NCBI GenBank assembly: GCA_963805975.1
Contig: CAWDVR010000001.1
Span: forward strand, 1 to 64,000
Direction: 5' to 3'
From: an uncultured Acidobacteriota bacterium
GTDB taxonomy: Bacteria; Acidobacteriota; Thermoanaerobaculia; Multivoradales; SZUA-115
DNA length: 64,000 bases
Each line of letters starts with the position of its first letter. The first letter of the stretch is position 1. The notes beneath the pieces are model-generated. The model saw only the letters and a program-made list of their open reading frames with translations. It did not search any database and had not been told where the DNA came from. The translations under genes were made by a program, and so were the position numbers. Below, piece by piece: positions 21,527 through 30,570 of the stretch.

Positions 21527-22147
21527 TCACTTCCTCTCCGAGCCCAGGAACTCCGGCATGGTGTCCTCCCCGCCGTGCCCGATCCCCTTGCGCGACAGCA
21601 CCTGCCCGAAGGTCAGCGCGAGGATCTGGAGGTCGAGCCAAGGTGTGCGGTGATCCACGTACCAGACGTCGAGCGCCAGCTTCTCCTCCCAGGTGAGAGC
21701 GTTCCGGCCTCGGACCTGCGCCCAGCCGGTGACGCCCGGCTTCACCTCGTGGCGCCGCGCCTGCTCGGCAGTGTAGCGCGGCAGGTACTGCACCAGGAGG
21801 GGCCTCGGGCCCACCAGGCTCATCTCGCCCCGGAGCACGTTCCACAACGTGGGCAGCTCGTCGAGGCTCGAGGAGCGGAGGAAGCGGCCGGTCGCGGTCA
21901 GGCGGTCGCGATCCGGCAGCAGCTTGCCGTCCGCTCCGCGCTCGTCGGTCATGGTGCGGAACTTGACCAGGGTGAAGAGCCTGCCCCCCAGGCCGGGCCG
22001 TGGTTGCCGGAAGAGCACGGGGCTGCCGAGCAAGAGCCTCACGACGAGAGCCGTGGCGGCGAGCACCGGCGAGAGGAGGATCAGCGCGAGGCCGGCCACC
22101 ACGAGGTCCGCGCAGCGTTTGCCCGAACCAGGAGCCGCGCGATTCAT
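21527..22147 (-). CDS. Bacterial sugar transferase, priming phosphoglycosyl transferase (PglC/EpsL-like)
   Basis: FRQPRPG, KFRTM, FLRSSSLDELP, GEMSLVGPRP, PGVTGWAQV. Confidence 0.92.
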   Translation of the reverse strand: MNRAAPGSGKRCADLVVAGLALILLSPVLAATALVVRLLLGSPVLFRQPRPGLGGRLFTLVKFRTMTDERGADGKLLPDRDRLTATGRFLRSSSLDELPTLWNVLRGEMSLVGPRPLLVQYLPRYTAEQARRHEVKPGVTGWAQVRGRNALTWEEKLALDVWYVDHRTPWLDLQILALTFGQVLSRKGIGHGGEDTMPEFLGSERK

Positions 22148-23364
22148 TCTGCGGCTCCGGGAGCGGCGGCACCGGACCTCGCGAGAAGCTCGTCGTAGGT
22201 CGCCGCGAGCGCCTCCCAGATCCCCTCCCGCCGAAAGTCGGCCAGCACCCGCGCGCGGCCTGCCTGGCCGTGGCGCCGGGCGAGCTCCGGGTCGTCCAGG
22301 TAGCGGGAGATCGCCTGCGCCAGGGCCTCGGCGTCGCGGGCTGGCACCAACAGCCCGGTCTCGCCGTCGACCACGGCGTCGACGCAGCCCGGCACCCGCG
22401 TCGCCACCACGGGGAGGCCCATGGCCGCGGCTTCGAGCGGCACGTTGGGGAAGCCCTCGCGGTAGGTCGGCAGGGTCACCAGGTCGCAAGCGGCATAGGC
22501 GAGCGGCGTGTCCTCCACCAGGCCCGCGAAACGCACCCGCGGGTGCCGCTGCAAGGCGGCCAGCACTTCCGGGGGCACCGGGTCCCGCGGCTCCTCCGGG
22601 CCCACCAGCAGCAGGTGGAGATCCGGATAGCGCTGGGCGAGGTCTTCCCAGGCCGCGGCCAGCTCGACGATGCCCTTGTCCCGGACCAAGCGGCCGAGGA
22701 AGCCCAGCACTCGGGACTCTGTAGGGAGGCCCCAGCGCCGCCGAGCGTCACCGCGGGCCGCCGCCGGCAGGCGCTCGGGGTTGAAGCGGCCGGCGGCATC
22801 CACGCCCTGGCCGCTGCCGCCTGCGAGGACGACGATCTTCTCCGGCGGGCAGAGGCGCTCGGCGAGGGCCGCGTCCCGCAAGGAGCCGGAGACGGCAATC
22901 ACCCGCTGGGCCAGGCGGCAGGCGATGCGCTCGGTGGCGAGCAGCAGGCGGCGCCTCCAGCCCGAGGCGGTGGCGAGCGGCAGGCCGCGCAGGTGATAGA
23001 CGCGGACCGGGATGCCGGCCAGCCGCGCGGCGATCATCCCGAGCAGGCCGGCCTTGGGGGTATGAGCGTCGACGATCCGGGGCCGGCGCCGGCGGAGCCG
23101 GGCCCAGAGGCGGCCCAGGGCGACGAGGTCCCGCAGCGGCGTGATCCGCCGCTCCATGGGCACGGCGAAGGCCGGCACGCCCTCGGCACGGGCGAACTCG
23201 TCGAGCTCACTCCCCGGCGAGGAGATCACCTCGACCTCGTAGCCGCGCGCGCGGAAAAACGCCGCCTGCCCGCGCAAGAAGATCAGGGTGAGAGGGATGG
23301 TGGTGACGTGCAGGAGGCGGACAGAGCCGCCTTGGGCAGAAGGGGTGGGGGAAGCGGCTGGCAC
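22144..23364 (-). CDS. Glycosyltransferase family 4
   Basis: HTPKAGLLG, FLGRLVRDKG, LPTYREGFPNVPLEAAAMGLPVV. Confidence 0.9.
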   Translation of the reverse strand: MPAASPTPSAQGGSVRLLHVTTIPLTLIFLRGQAAFFRARGYEVEVISSPGSELDEFARAEGVPAFAVPMERRITPLRDLVALGRLWARLRRRRPRIVDAHTPKAGLLGMIAARLAGIPVRVYHLRGLPLATASGWRRRLLLATERIACRLAQRVIAVSGSLRDAALAERLCPPEKIVVLAGGSGQGVDAAGRFNPERLPAAARGDARRRWGLPTESRVLGFLGRLVRDKGIVELAAAWEDLAQRYPDLHLLLVGPEEPRDPVPPEVLAALQRHPRVRFAGLVEDTPLAYAACDLVTLPTYREGFPNVPLEAAAMGLPVVATRVPGCVDAVVDGETGLLVPARDAEALAQAISRYLDDPELARRHGQAGRARVLADFRREGIWEALAATYDELLARSGAAAPGAAE

Positions 23365-23440
23365 CGGCCCAGAAGTATGCCACCTTCCGGTGCGCGGTCG
23401 GCTCCGCGGCCCGAGGGGCCACGGAGCCTGAAGACATCAG

Positions 23441-24604
23441 CTAGGTGCTCGGCTCGCCGTAGAGGTAGCCCTCACGCGCCTGTACCCGGAACTCGCTGTT
23501 CTTGAGCCTCACGTCCACCTTCTGGTACCCGTTCTCGCCCGCGTTGTGCGTCGAGCGATAGGACAGCAGGTAGTAGCCGCTGTTCTCGGTCGCCACCTGC
23601 TTGAGCGGCGTAGCGAAACTGACGAAGTTCGTGAAGTACTTGCCTCCGGTGCCGGTCGCGAGCTCGTTGAGCGCGTCGGAGAGGTCGTACTCCAGCTCGT
23701 TCGGCATCAGGTCGAGGGCGTAGACTGCCACGTTGTTGTCGTTGAGCGTCTGCACGGTCCGCGGCATGTAGCGGCGGTCGCTCTGGTAGAGCCCGAAGCC
23801 GGTGGTCTCGCCGAAGGCCGTCTGGCCGTCTCGCACGAAGAGCCGCGACCCCGAGGTCTCGCCGAAGCCGGTGCCGAAGAACAGCAGGTTCTTGCGGCCG
23901 ACGATGGTCTCGGTGGCGTCCGCCAGCACGGTCAGCGCGTCGTAGATGGTCTCGGTCTTCTTCGAGAGCTCGGTGCCCGAGGGCAAGTTGGCGCGCAGCG
24001 ACACCACTCCCGCCTCCGGCACCCGCGACGGCCAGTTGGCGCCCGGGTCCTTGCCGGTGGTCGCGTTGTCGATGGCGCGGAGCACGGACTGCTCGTCCTG
24101 GGTAAAGTCCTGCTGCACCTTGAGCTTCACGTCGTACGAGACGACCGCCACGTAGTCGTCGAGGAGCTTTTCCTTCTTCACCCACTGCCGGCTCTCGCGC
24201 GCTGCCTTGAGCTGCCTCTGGAGAAGCCCCAGCGCGGGTACGCTGGCGTTGACCTGCTGCTGGTCCTGGAAGAAGAGGATGAAGTAGCGGCTCTTGGGCT
24301 CCTTGTCGATGGCCAGAGTCGCCTCACCCAGGGTGCCGGGCTCGTCGAGCAGGCGCCGGTTGCTGTAGAAGGTCACACTGCCGACCTCCACGGGCTTGCC
24401 GTCTTCCTCGACGACGAAGTCGTCCGGCGTGAGGCCGATGATCACGCTGCCGTTGCGGTCGGTGACCAGCACGTCGAGCAGCACCTCGGAGACGCTGACC
24501 TGGTCGCCGAAGTCGCCTTTCTGCGGTTCTTGGGCCCCGGTTCGCGGCAGGATCGCGAGCGCCAGGGCCGCGGTCAACGCGATGGCGATGCGCTTTTTAT
24601 TCAT
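23441..24604 (-). CDS. Secreted VWA-domain protein (VWFA-related acidobacterial type)
   Basis: Signal peptide; VLLDVLVTDRNG...GLTPDDFVVEEDGK; LATGTGG; YYLLSY; VQAREGY. Confidence 0.8.
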   Translation of the reverse strand: MNKKRIAIALTAALALAILPRTGAQEPQKGDFGDQVSVSEVLLDVLVTDRNGSVIIGLTPDDFVVEEDGKPVEVGSVTFYSNRRLLDEPGTLGEATLAIDKEPKSRYFILFFQDQQQVNASVPALGLLQRQLKAARESRQWVKKEKLLDDYVAVVSYDVKLKVQQDFTQDEQSVLRAIDNATTGKDPGANWPSRVPEAGVVSLRANLPSGTELSKKTETIYDALTVLADATETIVGRKNLLFFGTGFGETSGSRLFVRDGQTAFGETTGFGLYQSDRRYMPRTVQTLNDNNVAVYALDLMPNELEYDLSDALNELATGTGGKYFTNFVSFATPLKQVATENSGYYLLSYRSTHNAGENGYQKVDVRLKNSEFRVQAREGYLYGEPST

Positions 24605-24735
24605 GGCTGGTATCTCCTCTGTTCGGAAGGTCGGTGGTCGTCGTCCTTGCTCTGGGTTTGCAAGGAGCAGGCCGGGCCGCGGAAACCGGTACCGAGCGGA
24701 AGCCCACGCCCAATTCGTCCTCTGTGGAGGACGGT

Positions 24736-26880
24736 CTACTCGGTTCCCGGCCAGCGAGCGTAGAAACCGCCGGCCTCGGCAGCAGCCTGCAGGGGCGCGC
24801 TGGGGGCAAAGCGAGGCCCGACCCGCGCCGCGAGCTCGCCCAGCAGGTCGAGCACTTGCCGGAGGCCGTAGCCGTCCGCCCAGCGGCAGAGGCCGCCACG
24901 AAACGGCGGGAAACCGGTGCCCATGATCATCGCCAGGTCCAGGCTGCCCGCGTCGGCCACCACCCGCTCTTCCAGGCAGCGCGCCGCCTCGTTCACCATC
25001 GGCAGCACCATGCGCTCCGCGAGCGCCGTCAAGTCCGGGTTCGTGACCCTGGGGTGGAGGCCCAGCAGGCGGTAGACCTCGGTGTCCGGGGTGGTGCGCT
25101 TCCTGCCTTCGTAGCGGTAGAAGCCGGAGCCGCTCTTGGTGCCCAGGCGCTCGCTGCCGGAGAAGCGCTCGAGAAAGGACGGCAGCGGCAGGCGATCGCC
25201 GAAGGCGTCGGCCAGGATATGGGCCACCTTGGTGGCCACGTCGATGCCCACCTCGTCGGTCAGGGCCAGCGGCCCGAGCGGCATGCCCCAGGAGGTCATC
25301 GCCCGATCGACGTCCTCCATGCGGTGGCCCTCGTCGAGCAGCCAGAGCGCTTCCGCCGAGTAGAACATCAGCAGCCGGTTGACCAGAAAGCCGGGGCCGT
25401 CCTTGACCAGCACCGGGGTCTTGCCGAGCTTCTTGGCGAAGTCCCAGACGGTGGCCGCGGCATCCGCGCCGGTGCGCGGCCCGGCGATCACCTCGACCAG
25501 CGGCATCTTGTCGACCGGGTTGAAGAAGTGCATGCCGACGATCTGCGACGGGTCGGGCGACAGCGCGGCGATGAGATCGATCGACAGCGACGAGGTGTTG
25601 GACGCGAGGATCGCCTGCCCCCGGGTCTTCGCCGCCAGGTCGGCGAAGATCGCCTGCTTGACCGGCAGCTTCTCGACCACGGCCTCGATCACCAGATCCA
25701 CGTTGGCCAACCCCGAATCGTCGAGCGCCGGCCGCAGCAGGGCCATCTTGCGCCGCGCGGCCGTGCGGTCCAGGCGGCGGCGGTCGACCATCTTCTTGAA
25801 CAGGCCGGAGGCGTGCTGCATGCCGCCGGCGAGCGCCGCCTCCTGGATGTCCTTCAAGCGGACCGGCACGTCGGCCTGATCGGCCACGAGCTGCGCGATG
25901 CCCCCGCCCATCACGCCGGCGCCCAGGACCGCCACCTGCTCGATCGTCCGGGGCGTGCCGGCCGGCCGTGCGCCGGGGCGCTTGACGCTCTCCATCAACT
26001 GAAAGACATGCACCAGATTCTTTGAGATGCGCGAGGTGGCGAGCTCGCCCACGGCCCGCGCTTCGGCCTCGAAGCCGGCCTCGCGGCCCTTCTCGATGCC
26101 GGTGCGCACCACCTCGAGGGCGCGGAGCGGCGCCGGGTAGTGGCCCTTGGTCTCGCGCAGCACCTGCTTTCGCGCCTGGTCGAAGAGCAGCATCCGGCCC
26201 AGCGGGTTCTTCTCGAGCACTGCCGCCTTGAGACCGCCGCCTTTCGTCGCCTGTCGCCGGGGCTTGCCGCGGCGTGCGGCGGCGAAGTCGCGCACCAGCG
26301 GCAGGAAGGCCGCGTCCGGTAGCAGGGCGTCGACGAGGCCGATCTGGAACGCCTTCTTGGAAGGGATGGTCTTGCCGGCGAGGATGATGTCGAGAGCGGC
26401 GGCGATCCCCACCAGCCGCGGCAGGCGGGTGCAGCCGCCCCAGCCCGGCAGGATGCCGAGCCGGATCTCGGGCAGGCCGATGCGCAGGTCCGCGCGGTCA
26501 CTCGCCACCCGGTAGGTCGAGGCCAGGGCGAGCTCCGTGCCGCCGCCCACGCAAGTGCCCTGGATGGCGGCGACGGTGGGGAAGGGCAGCGCCTCCCAGG
26601 CGCCGAAGGTACGGTGGCCGAGCCGCGAGGCCTCGGCGGCGATCTCGGGGTCCGTGACACCGGCAATGCCCTCGACGTCAGCGCCGGCAATGAAGTTGCC
26701 GGGCTTGCCGGAGACCAGTACCAGACAGTCGAAGTCCGTCCGCCGTGCGAGCTCCGGGATCAACGTCTCGAGCTCGCCCATCACGGCCTCGGTGAATACG
26801 TTGACCTTGCGGCCCGGCACGTTGAAGGTGAGGGTCGCCAGGCGGTCCTGGCCGATGGTCAGACGGAATGCATGGCCCAC
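24736..26880 (-). CDS. fadJ: Fatty-acid oxidation complex alpha subunit (enoyl-CoA hydratase / 3-hydroxyacyl-CoA dehydrogenase)
   Basis: FIAGADV, CVGGGTELALA, GLPEIRLGILPGWGG, VLGAGVMGGGIA, ASNTSSL, GMHFFNPV, GTGFPPFRGG. Confidence 0.92.
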   Translation of the reverse strand: MGHAFRLTIGQDRLATLTFNVPGRKVNVFTEAVMGELETLIPELARRTDFDCLVLVSGKPGNFIAGADVEGIAGVTDPEIAAEASRLGHRTFGAWEALPFPTVAAIQGTCVGGGTELALASTYRVASDRADLRIGLPEIRLGILPGWGGCTRLPRLVGIAAALDIILAGKTIPSKKAFQIGLVDALLPDAAFLPLVRDFAAARRGKPRRQATKGGGLKAAVLEKNPLGRMLLFDQARKQVLRETKGHYPAPLRALEVVRTGIEKGREAGFEAEARAVGELATSRISKNLVHVFQLMESVKRPGARPAGTPRTIEQVAVLGAGVMGGGIAQLVADQADVPVRLKDIQEAALAGGMQHASGLFKKMVDRRRLDRTAARRKMALLRPALDDSGLANVDLVIEAVVEKLPVKQAIFADLAAKTRGQAILASNTSSLSIDLIAALSPDPSQIVGMHFFNPVDKMPLVEVIAGPRTGADAAATVWDFAKKLGKTPVLVKDGPGFLVNRLLMFYSAEALWLLDEGHRMEDVDRAMTSWGMPLGPLALTDEVGIDVATKVAHILADAFGDRLPLPSFLERFSGSERLGTKSGSGFYRYEGRKRTTPDTEVYRLLGLHPRVTNPDLTALAERMVLPMVNEAARCLEERVVADAGSLDLAMIMGTGFPPFRGGLCRWADGYGLRQVLDLLGELAARVGPRFAPSAPLQAAAEAGGFYARWPGTE

Positions 26881-27000
26881 GGTGCTGCGTTCCTTTCCCC
26901 CGACGCCCGCGCGGTCTCCGGGGCTTCAAGAGCTGACTTCGAGGCTGCGCCGGATTCTACACGCGCGCCGCGTCCGTTCCCCCGTGACGGGCCGCGAGCC

Positions 27001-27029
27001 TTGACCCGGCCACCTCGGAACGCTATCCT
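27001..27029 (+). promoter_or_regulatory. Sigma70 promoter upstream of tRNA-Pro
   Basis: TTGACC-N17-TATCCT followed by a GC-rich stretch. Confidence 0.6.
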
Positions 27030-27072
27030 TCCGGCTTCGCGCCGGCCGCGAGGCCCGCGCACCCACCTTCTT

Positions 27073-27150
<78 letters not shown>

Positions 27151-27248
27151 TCTCCCGCCTTAGCCTGCCGCCTTGGGTCTGCCCGATTGGCAAGCGTCCG
27201 ATCCGGGGTAGGATCAGCCGTCTTTAGCCGGTCTAGCGGGAGGGATTC

Positions 27249-29270
27249 ATGAGCGAAGAGCTGAAGCCGTACGTACCGGCTGAGGCGAAGCTTGCCGAGC
27301 TCACGTGGAAGGCCGTGGTGCTCGGCGTCGTGCTGGCGGCGATGATGGGCGCCGCCAACGCCTACCTGGCGCTCAAGGCGGGGCAGACAGTCTCGGCCAC
27401 GTTCCCGGCGGCCATCCTGGCTCTCGCCGCATTCCGGCTGCCGTTTTTCCGCGGCACCATCCTGGAGCAGAACATCGCGCGTTCCGCCGGCACGGTGGGC
27501 GAGGCGCTCGCCGCCGGCGCGATCTTCACCATCCCCGCGTTTCTCATGGTGTCGGTCGACGGACAGCGGCTGTGGACCTCGTTCGACTACTGGCAGACCT
27601 GCCTGATCCTGCTGATCGGCGGGGTGCTCGGCGTCCTCTTCATCACGCTGCTACGCCGCACCCTGGCAGTGGATGCCGATCTGCCGTATCCGGAGAGCAA
27701 GGCCTGCGCGGCGATCGTCAAGGCCGGCCAGGCGGGGGAGTCGGGGGCGAAGTACGTCTTCGGCGCGATGGGCGTCGGCATGCTCCTGCAGGTCTTCAAG
27801 GACGGGGCCGGCCTGCGGCTCTTCCGGGAGTCGGTCGAGTTCTTCCGTCAGCTCCCCGCGTCGGTCATCCATCACTTCGACTCTTCACGCGAAGCGCTCG
27901 GCGACGTGCGGCACGGCGGCGCCTTCTCCTTTGCCACACCCTCGATCTCTCCGGCCCTGATCGGCGTGGGCTACATCATCGGCTTCGAGCTGGCGGCGAT
28001 CAACTTCTCAGGCGGCGTTCTCGCCTGGCTGGTGTTCATCCCCCTGATCTTCTTCGTCAACCCGGACCTGGTGCAGAACCTCTCGGCAGGGGGTGCGGCG
28101 CCGCCGGATTCCGAGGTGATCTTCTCGGTCTGGTACAACGTGGTGCGGCCGGTGGCGGTCGGAGCGATGCTGGTGGGCGCGGCAAAGACCATGTGGGGGA
28201 TGCGCACTTCGATCGCCTCGGCCTTCCGCGGCGCGTTCCATCGCGGATCGAGCGTCGCGTCGCCGTCTCGGCTCGAGCAGGATCTCGACCCCCGTGCCAT
28301 CATGCTCGGCATCGCCGGCCTGACCATCCCCATGGCCTGGCTCTACTACCGCTTCACCGATCATCTGGCGAGTGCGATCGTCGCCGCGGTGGTGATGCTG
28401 GTCCTCGGCTTCTTGCTCTCGGCGGTGGGTGGCTATCTGGTGGGGCTGGTCGGCGGCTCGAATCAGCCGGTCTCCGGGCTCACTCTCTCGGCCCTAATCC
28501 TCGCCGCCCTGCTGATGGTGGCCTTCGGCGTCACCGGGCTCCAGGGGGTGGGCGCGGTGCTGGGCGTGGCGGCGGTGGTGTGCTGCGCGATCTGCGTCTC
28601 CGGCAGCCTGATCCAGGATCTGAAGGTCGGCCACCTGCTCGGCGGCACGCCGAGGAAAATGGAGATCGCCGAGATCGTCGCCACCATCACCACGTCGTTC
28701 GTGCTCGTCTTCCCGATGCTCTGGCTGCACCAGGCAAACCTCAAGATGGGCGGCATCGGGATCGGCGACCCGGCGCTGCCGGCGCCCCAGGCCGGGCTCA
28801 TGGCGCAGCTCGCGCAGGGCATCGTCGGAGGCCAGATGCCGTGGGGGCTGGTGCTCTTCGGGATGTGCTTCTCGCTGGCGCTCATCCTGATCAAGGCCCC
28901 CTCGCCGACCCTCATCGCCGTCGGCATGTACCTGCCGTTCGAGACCACCGGCGCGATCTTCGTCGGCGGCTGCCTCAAGGCGATCGCCGACCGGCTGGCG
29001 CACCGGCGCGGCGTGGCCGGCGACGACTTCGACAACTTCGGGTCGCTGGTGGCCTCCGGCCTGATCGCCGGCGAGTCGCTCACCGGCGTGCTCTTCGCCG
29101 GCATGGTGCTCGCCTTCACGAATTTCAGCTCGCTCACCCAGACGTTGTTCGGCGTCGACCAGTTCGCCTGGGTGGCGGGCCCGGCCGGCGCCTGGACCTC
29201 GCTTCTCGCGCTGGGCGTGATCGCCTGGCTGCTGATCGCCCTGCCTTTGAGAAAGGTGCGGGCGGCTTGA
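27249..29270 (+). CDS. OPT-family oligopeptide transporter
   Basis: YLALKAGQTVSATFPA, LPYPES, GGSNQPVSG, QDLKVGHLLGGTPRK, LPAPQAGLM, SGLIAGES. Confidence 0.92.
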   Translation: MSEELKPYVPAEAKLAELTWKAVVLGVVLAAMMGAANAYLALKAGQTVSATFPAAILALAAFRLPFFRGTILEQNIARSAGTVGEALAAGAIFTIPAFLMVSVDGQRLWTSFDYWQTCLILLIGGVLGVLFITLLRRTLAVDADLPYPESKACAAIVKAGQAGESGAKYVFGAMGVGMLLQVFKDGAGLRLFRESVEFFRQLPASVIHHFDSSREALGDVRHGGAFSFATPSISPALIGVGYIIGFELAAINFSGGVLAWLVFIPLIFFVNPDLVQNLSAGGAAPPDSEVIFSVWYNVVRPVAVGAMLVGAAKTMWGMRTSIASAFRGAFHRGSSVASPSRLEQDLDPRAIMLGIAGLTIPMAWLYYRFTDHLASAIVAAVVMLVLGFLLSAVGGYLVGLVGGSNQPVSGLTLSALILAALLMVAFGVTGLQGVGAVLGVAAVVCCAICVSGSLIQDLKVGHLLGGTPRKMEIAEIVATITTSFVLVFPMLWLHQANLKMGGIGIGDPALPAPQAGLMAQLAQGIVGGQMPWGLVLFGMCFSLALILIKAPSPTLIAVGMYLPFETTGAIFVGGCLKAIADRLAHRRGVAGDDFDNFGSLVASGLIAGESLTGVLFAGMVLAFTNFSSLTQTLFGVDQFAWVAGPAGAWTSLLALGVIAWLLIALPLRKVRAA

Positions 29271-29289
29271 CGTCTAATCGGGGGGAACG

Positions 29290-30570
29290 ATGGAGAAACT
29301 GAAGGGATTCACCCGCTCCTTCTGGGTGGCCAACACGCTCGAGCTGTTCGAGCGCTTCGCCTATTACGGCTCGAAAGCGATCCTGACGGTGTTCGTCGCC
29401 GAGCAGGTCGGGATGGGGCCGGAGAAGGCGGGCTTCCTGGTCGGCAGCGTCTTCAACATGCTGCTCTACTTTCTGCCCATCCTGGCCGGTACGGTGGTGG
29501 ACCGCTACGGCTTCCGGAAGAGCCTGACGATCTGCTTCTCGATCTTCTGCGTCGGCTACTTCCTGATCGGCCTGGGCGGCCTGCCGGCGGGCAAGCCCCT
29601 GGTCGATGCGCTGGGAGCCGGCCCGTACATGATCCTGGCCCTGGTCATCACCGCGATCGGCGGCTCGTTGATCAAGCCGTCGATCGTCGGGACCGTGGCG
29701 CGTACCACCACGGCAGAGACCAAGAACCTGGGCTACTCGATCTACTACACCCTGGTGAACCTGGGCGGCGCCATCGGTCCGATCCTCGCGCTCCAGGTCC
29801 GGGAGAACCTGGGGATCTCCTACGTCCTGGTCATGTCCTCGATCACCAGCCTGTTGTTGGCGCTCGCCACCCTGATCTTCTTCAAGGAGCCGCCGCGGCC
29901 CGCCGACGCGGCCCCCCCGAAGTCGATGGGCGGCGTGCTCAGAGACATGGTGCTGGTGTTCGGCAACGCCAAGTTCATGGGCTTCCTGGTGATCTTCTCG
30001 GGGTTCTGGACGATGTTCTGGCACATCTTCTACGCCCTGCCGTTCTACGTCCGCGACGTGCTCCACTTCGGCAGGTTCGAGATCATCGAGACCGTCGACG
30101 CCTGGACGATCATCCTGGTCACGGTCCCGGCGGCGGCGATCGCCAAGCGACTCTCCGCGTTCACCGCCATGACTCTCGGGTTCGCCCTGGCGAGCGTCTC
30201 CTGGTTCCTGATGGGCGCCGTGCCGACCCTGACCGTCACGGTCGCCGCGATCGTCGTCTTCGCCCTCGGCGAGGCGCTCCAGGCGCCCCGCTACTACGGC
30301 TACGTCGCCGACCTCGCGCCGCAGGAGCAGGTGGGCACCTACATGGGCTTTGCGTTCCTCCCGGTCGCCATCGGGACCTTCATTGCCGGCGCCACGTCCG
30401 GACCGCTGGTCACGCACTACGTCGGCCGGACGGAGAGCGGAGTGTTCACTCCCGGGCCCGCCTTCGCGAACGCTTCCCACATGTGGTACTGGGTCGGCGC
30501 CATCGGCTTGGTGTCGACGGTGGCGATGCTGCTCTACGACCGCCTGGTGGTGCAGCGGGCTCAGAGGTAG
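29290..30570 (+). CDS. MFS transporter, POT/PTR-like
   Basis: ELFERFAYYG motif; GYSIYYTLVNLGG; about 12 TM segments. Confidence 0.88.
   Translation: MEKLKGFTRSFWVANTLELFERFAYYGSKAILTVFVAEQVGMGPEKAGFLVGSVFNMLLYFLPILAGTVVDRYGFRKSLTICFSIFCVGYFLIGLGGLPAGKPLVDALGAGPYMILALVITAIGGSLIKPSIVGTVARTTTAETKNLGYSIYYTLVNLGGAIGPILALQVRENLGISYVLVMSSITSLLLALATLIFFKEPPRPADAAPPKSMGGVLRDMVLVFGNAKFMGFLVIFSGFWTMFWHIFYALPFYVRDVLHFGRFEIIETVDAWTIILVTVPAAAIAKRLSAFTAMTLGFALASVSWFLMGAVPTLTVTVAAIVVFALGEALQAPRYYGYVADLAPQEQVGTYMGFAFLPVAIGTFIAGATSGPLVTHYVGRTESGVFTPGPAFANASHMWYWVGAIGLVSTVAMLLYDRLVVQRAQR

Noticed and set aside
20873-23364. Novel glycosylation system
   Set aside because: A GT4, priming transferase and acetyltransferase trio is a well-known Pgl/Eps-type arrangement.
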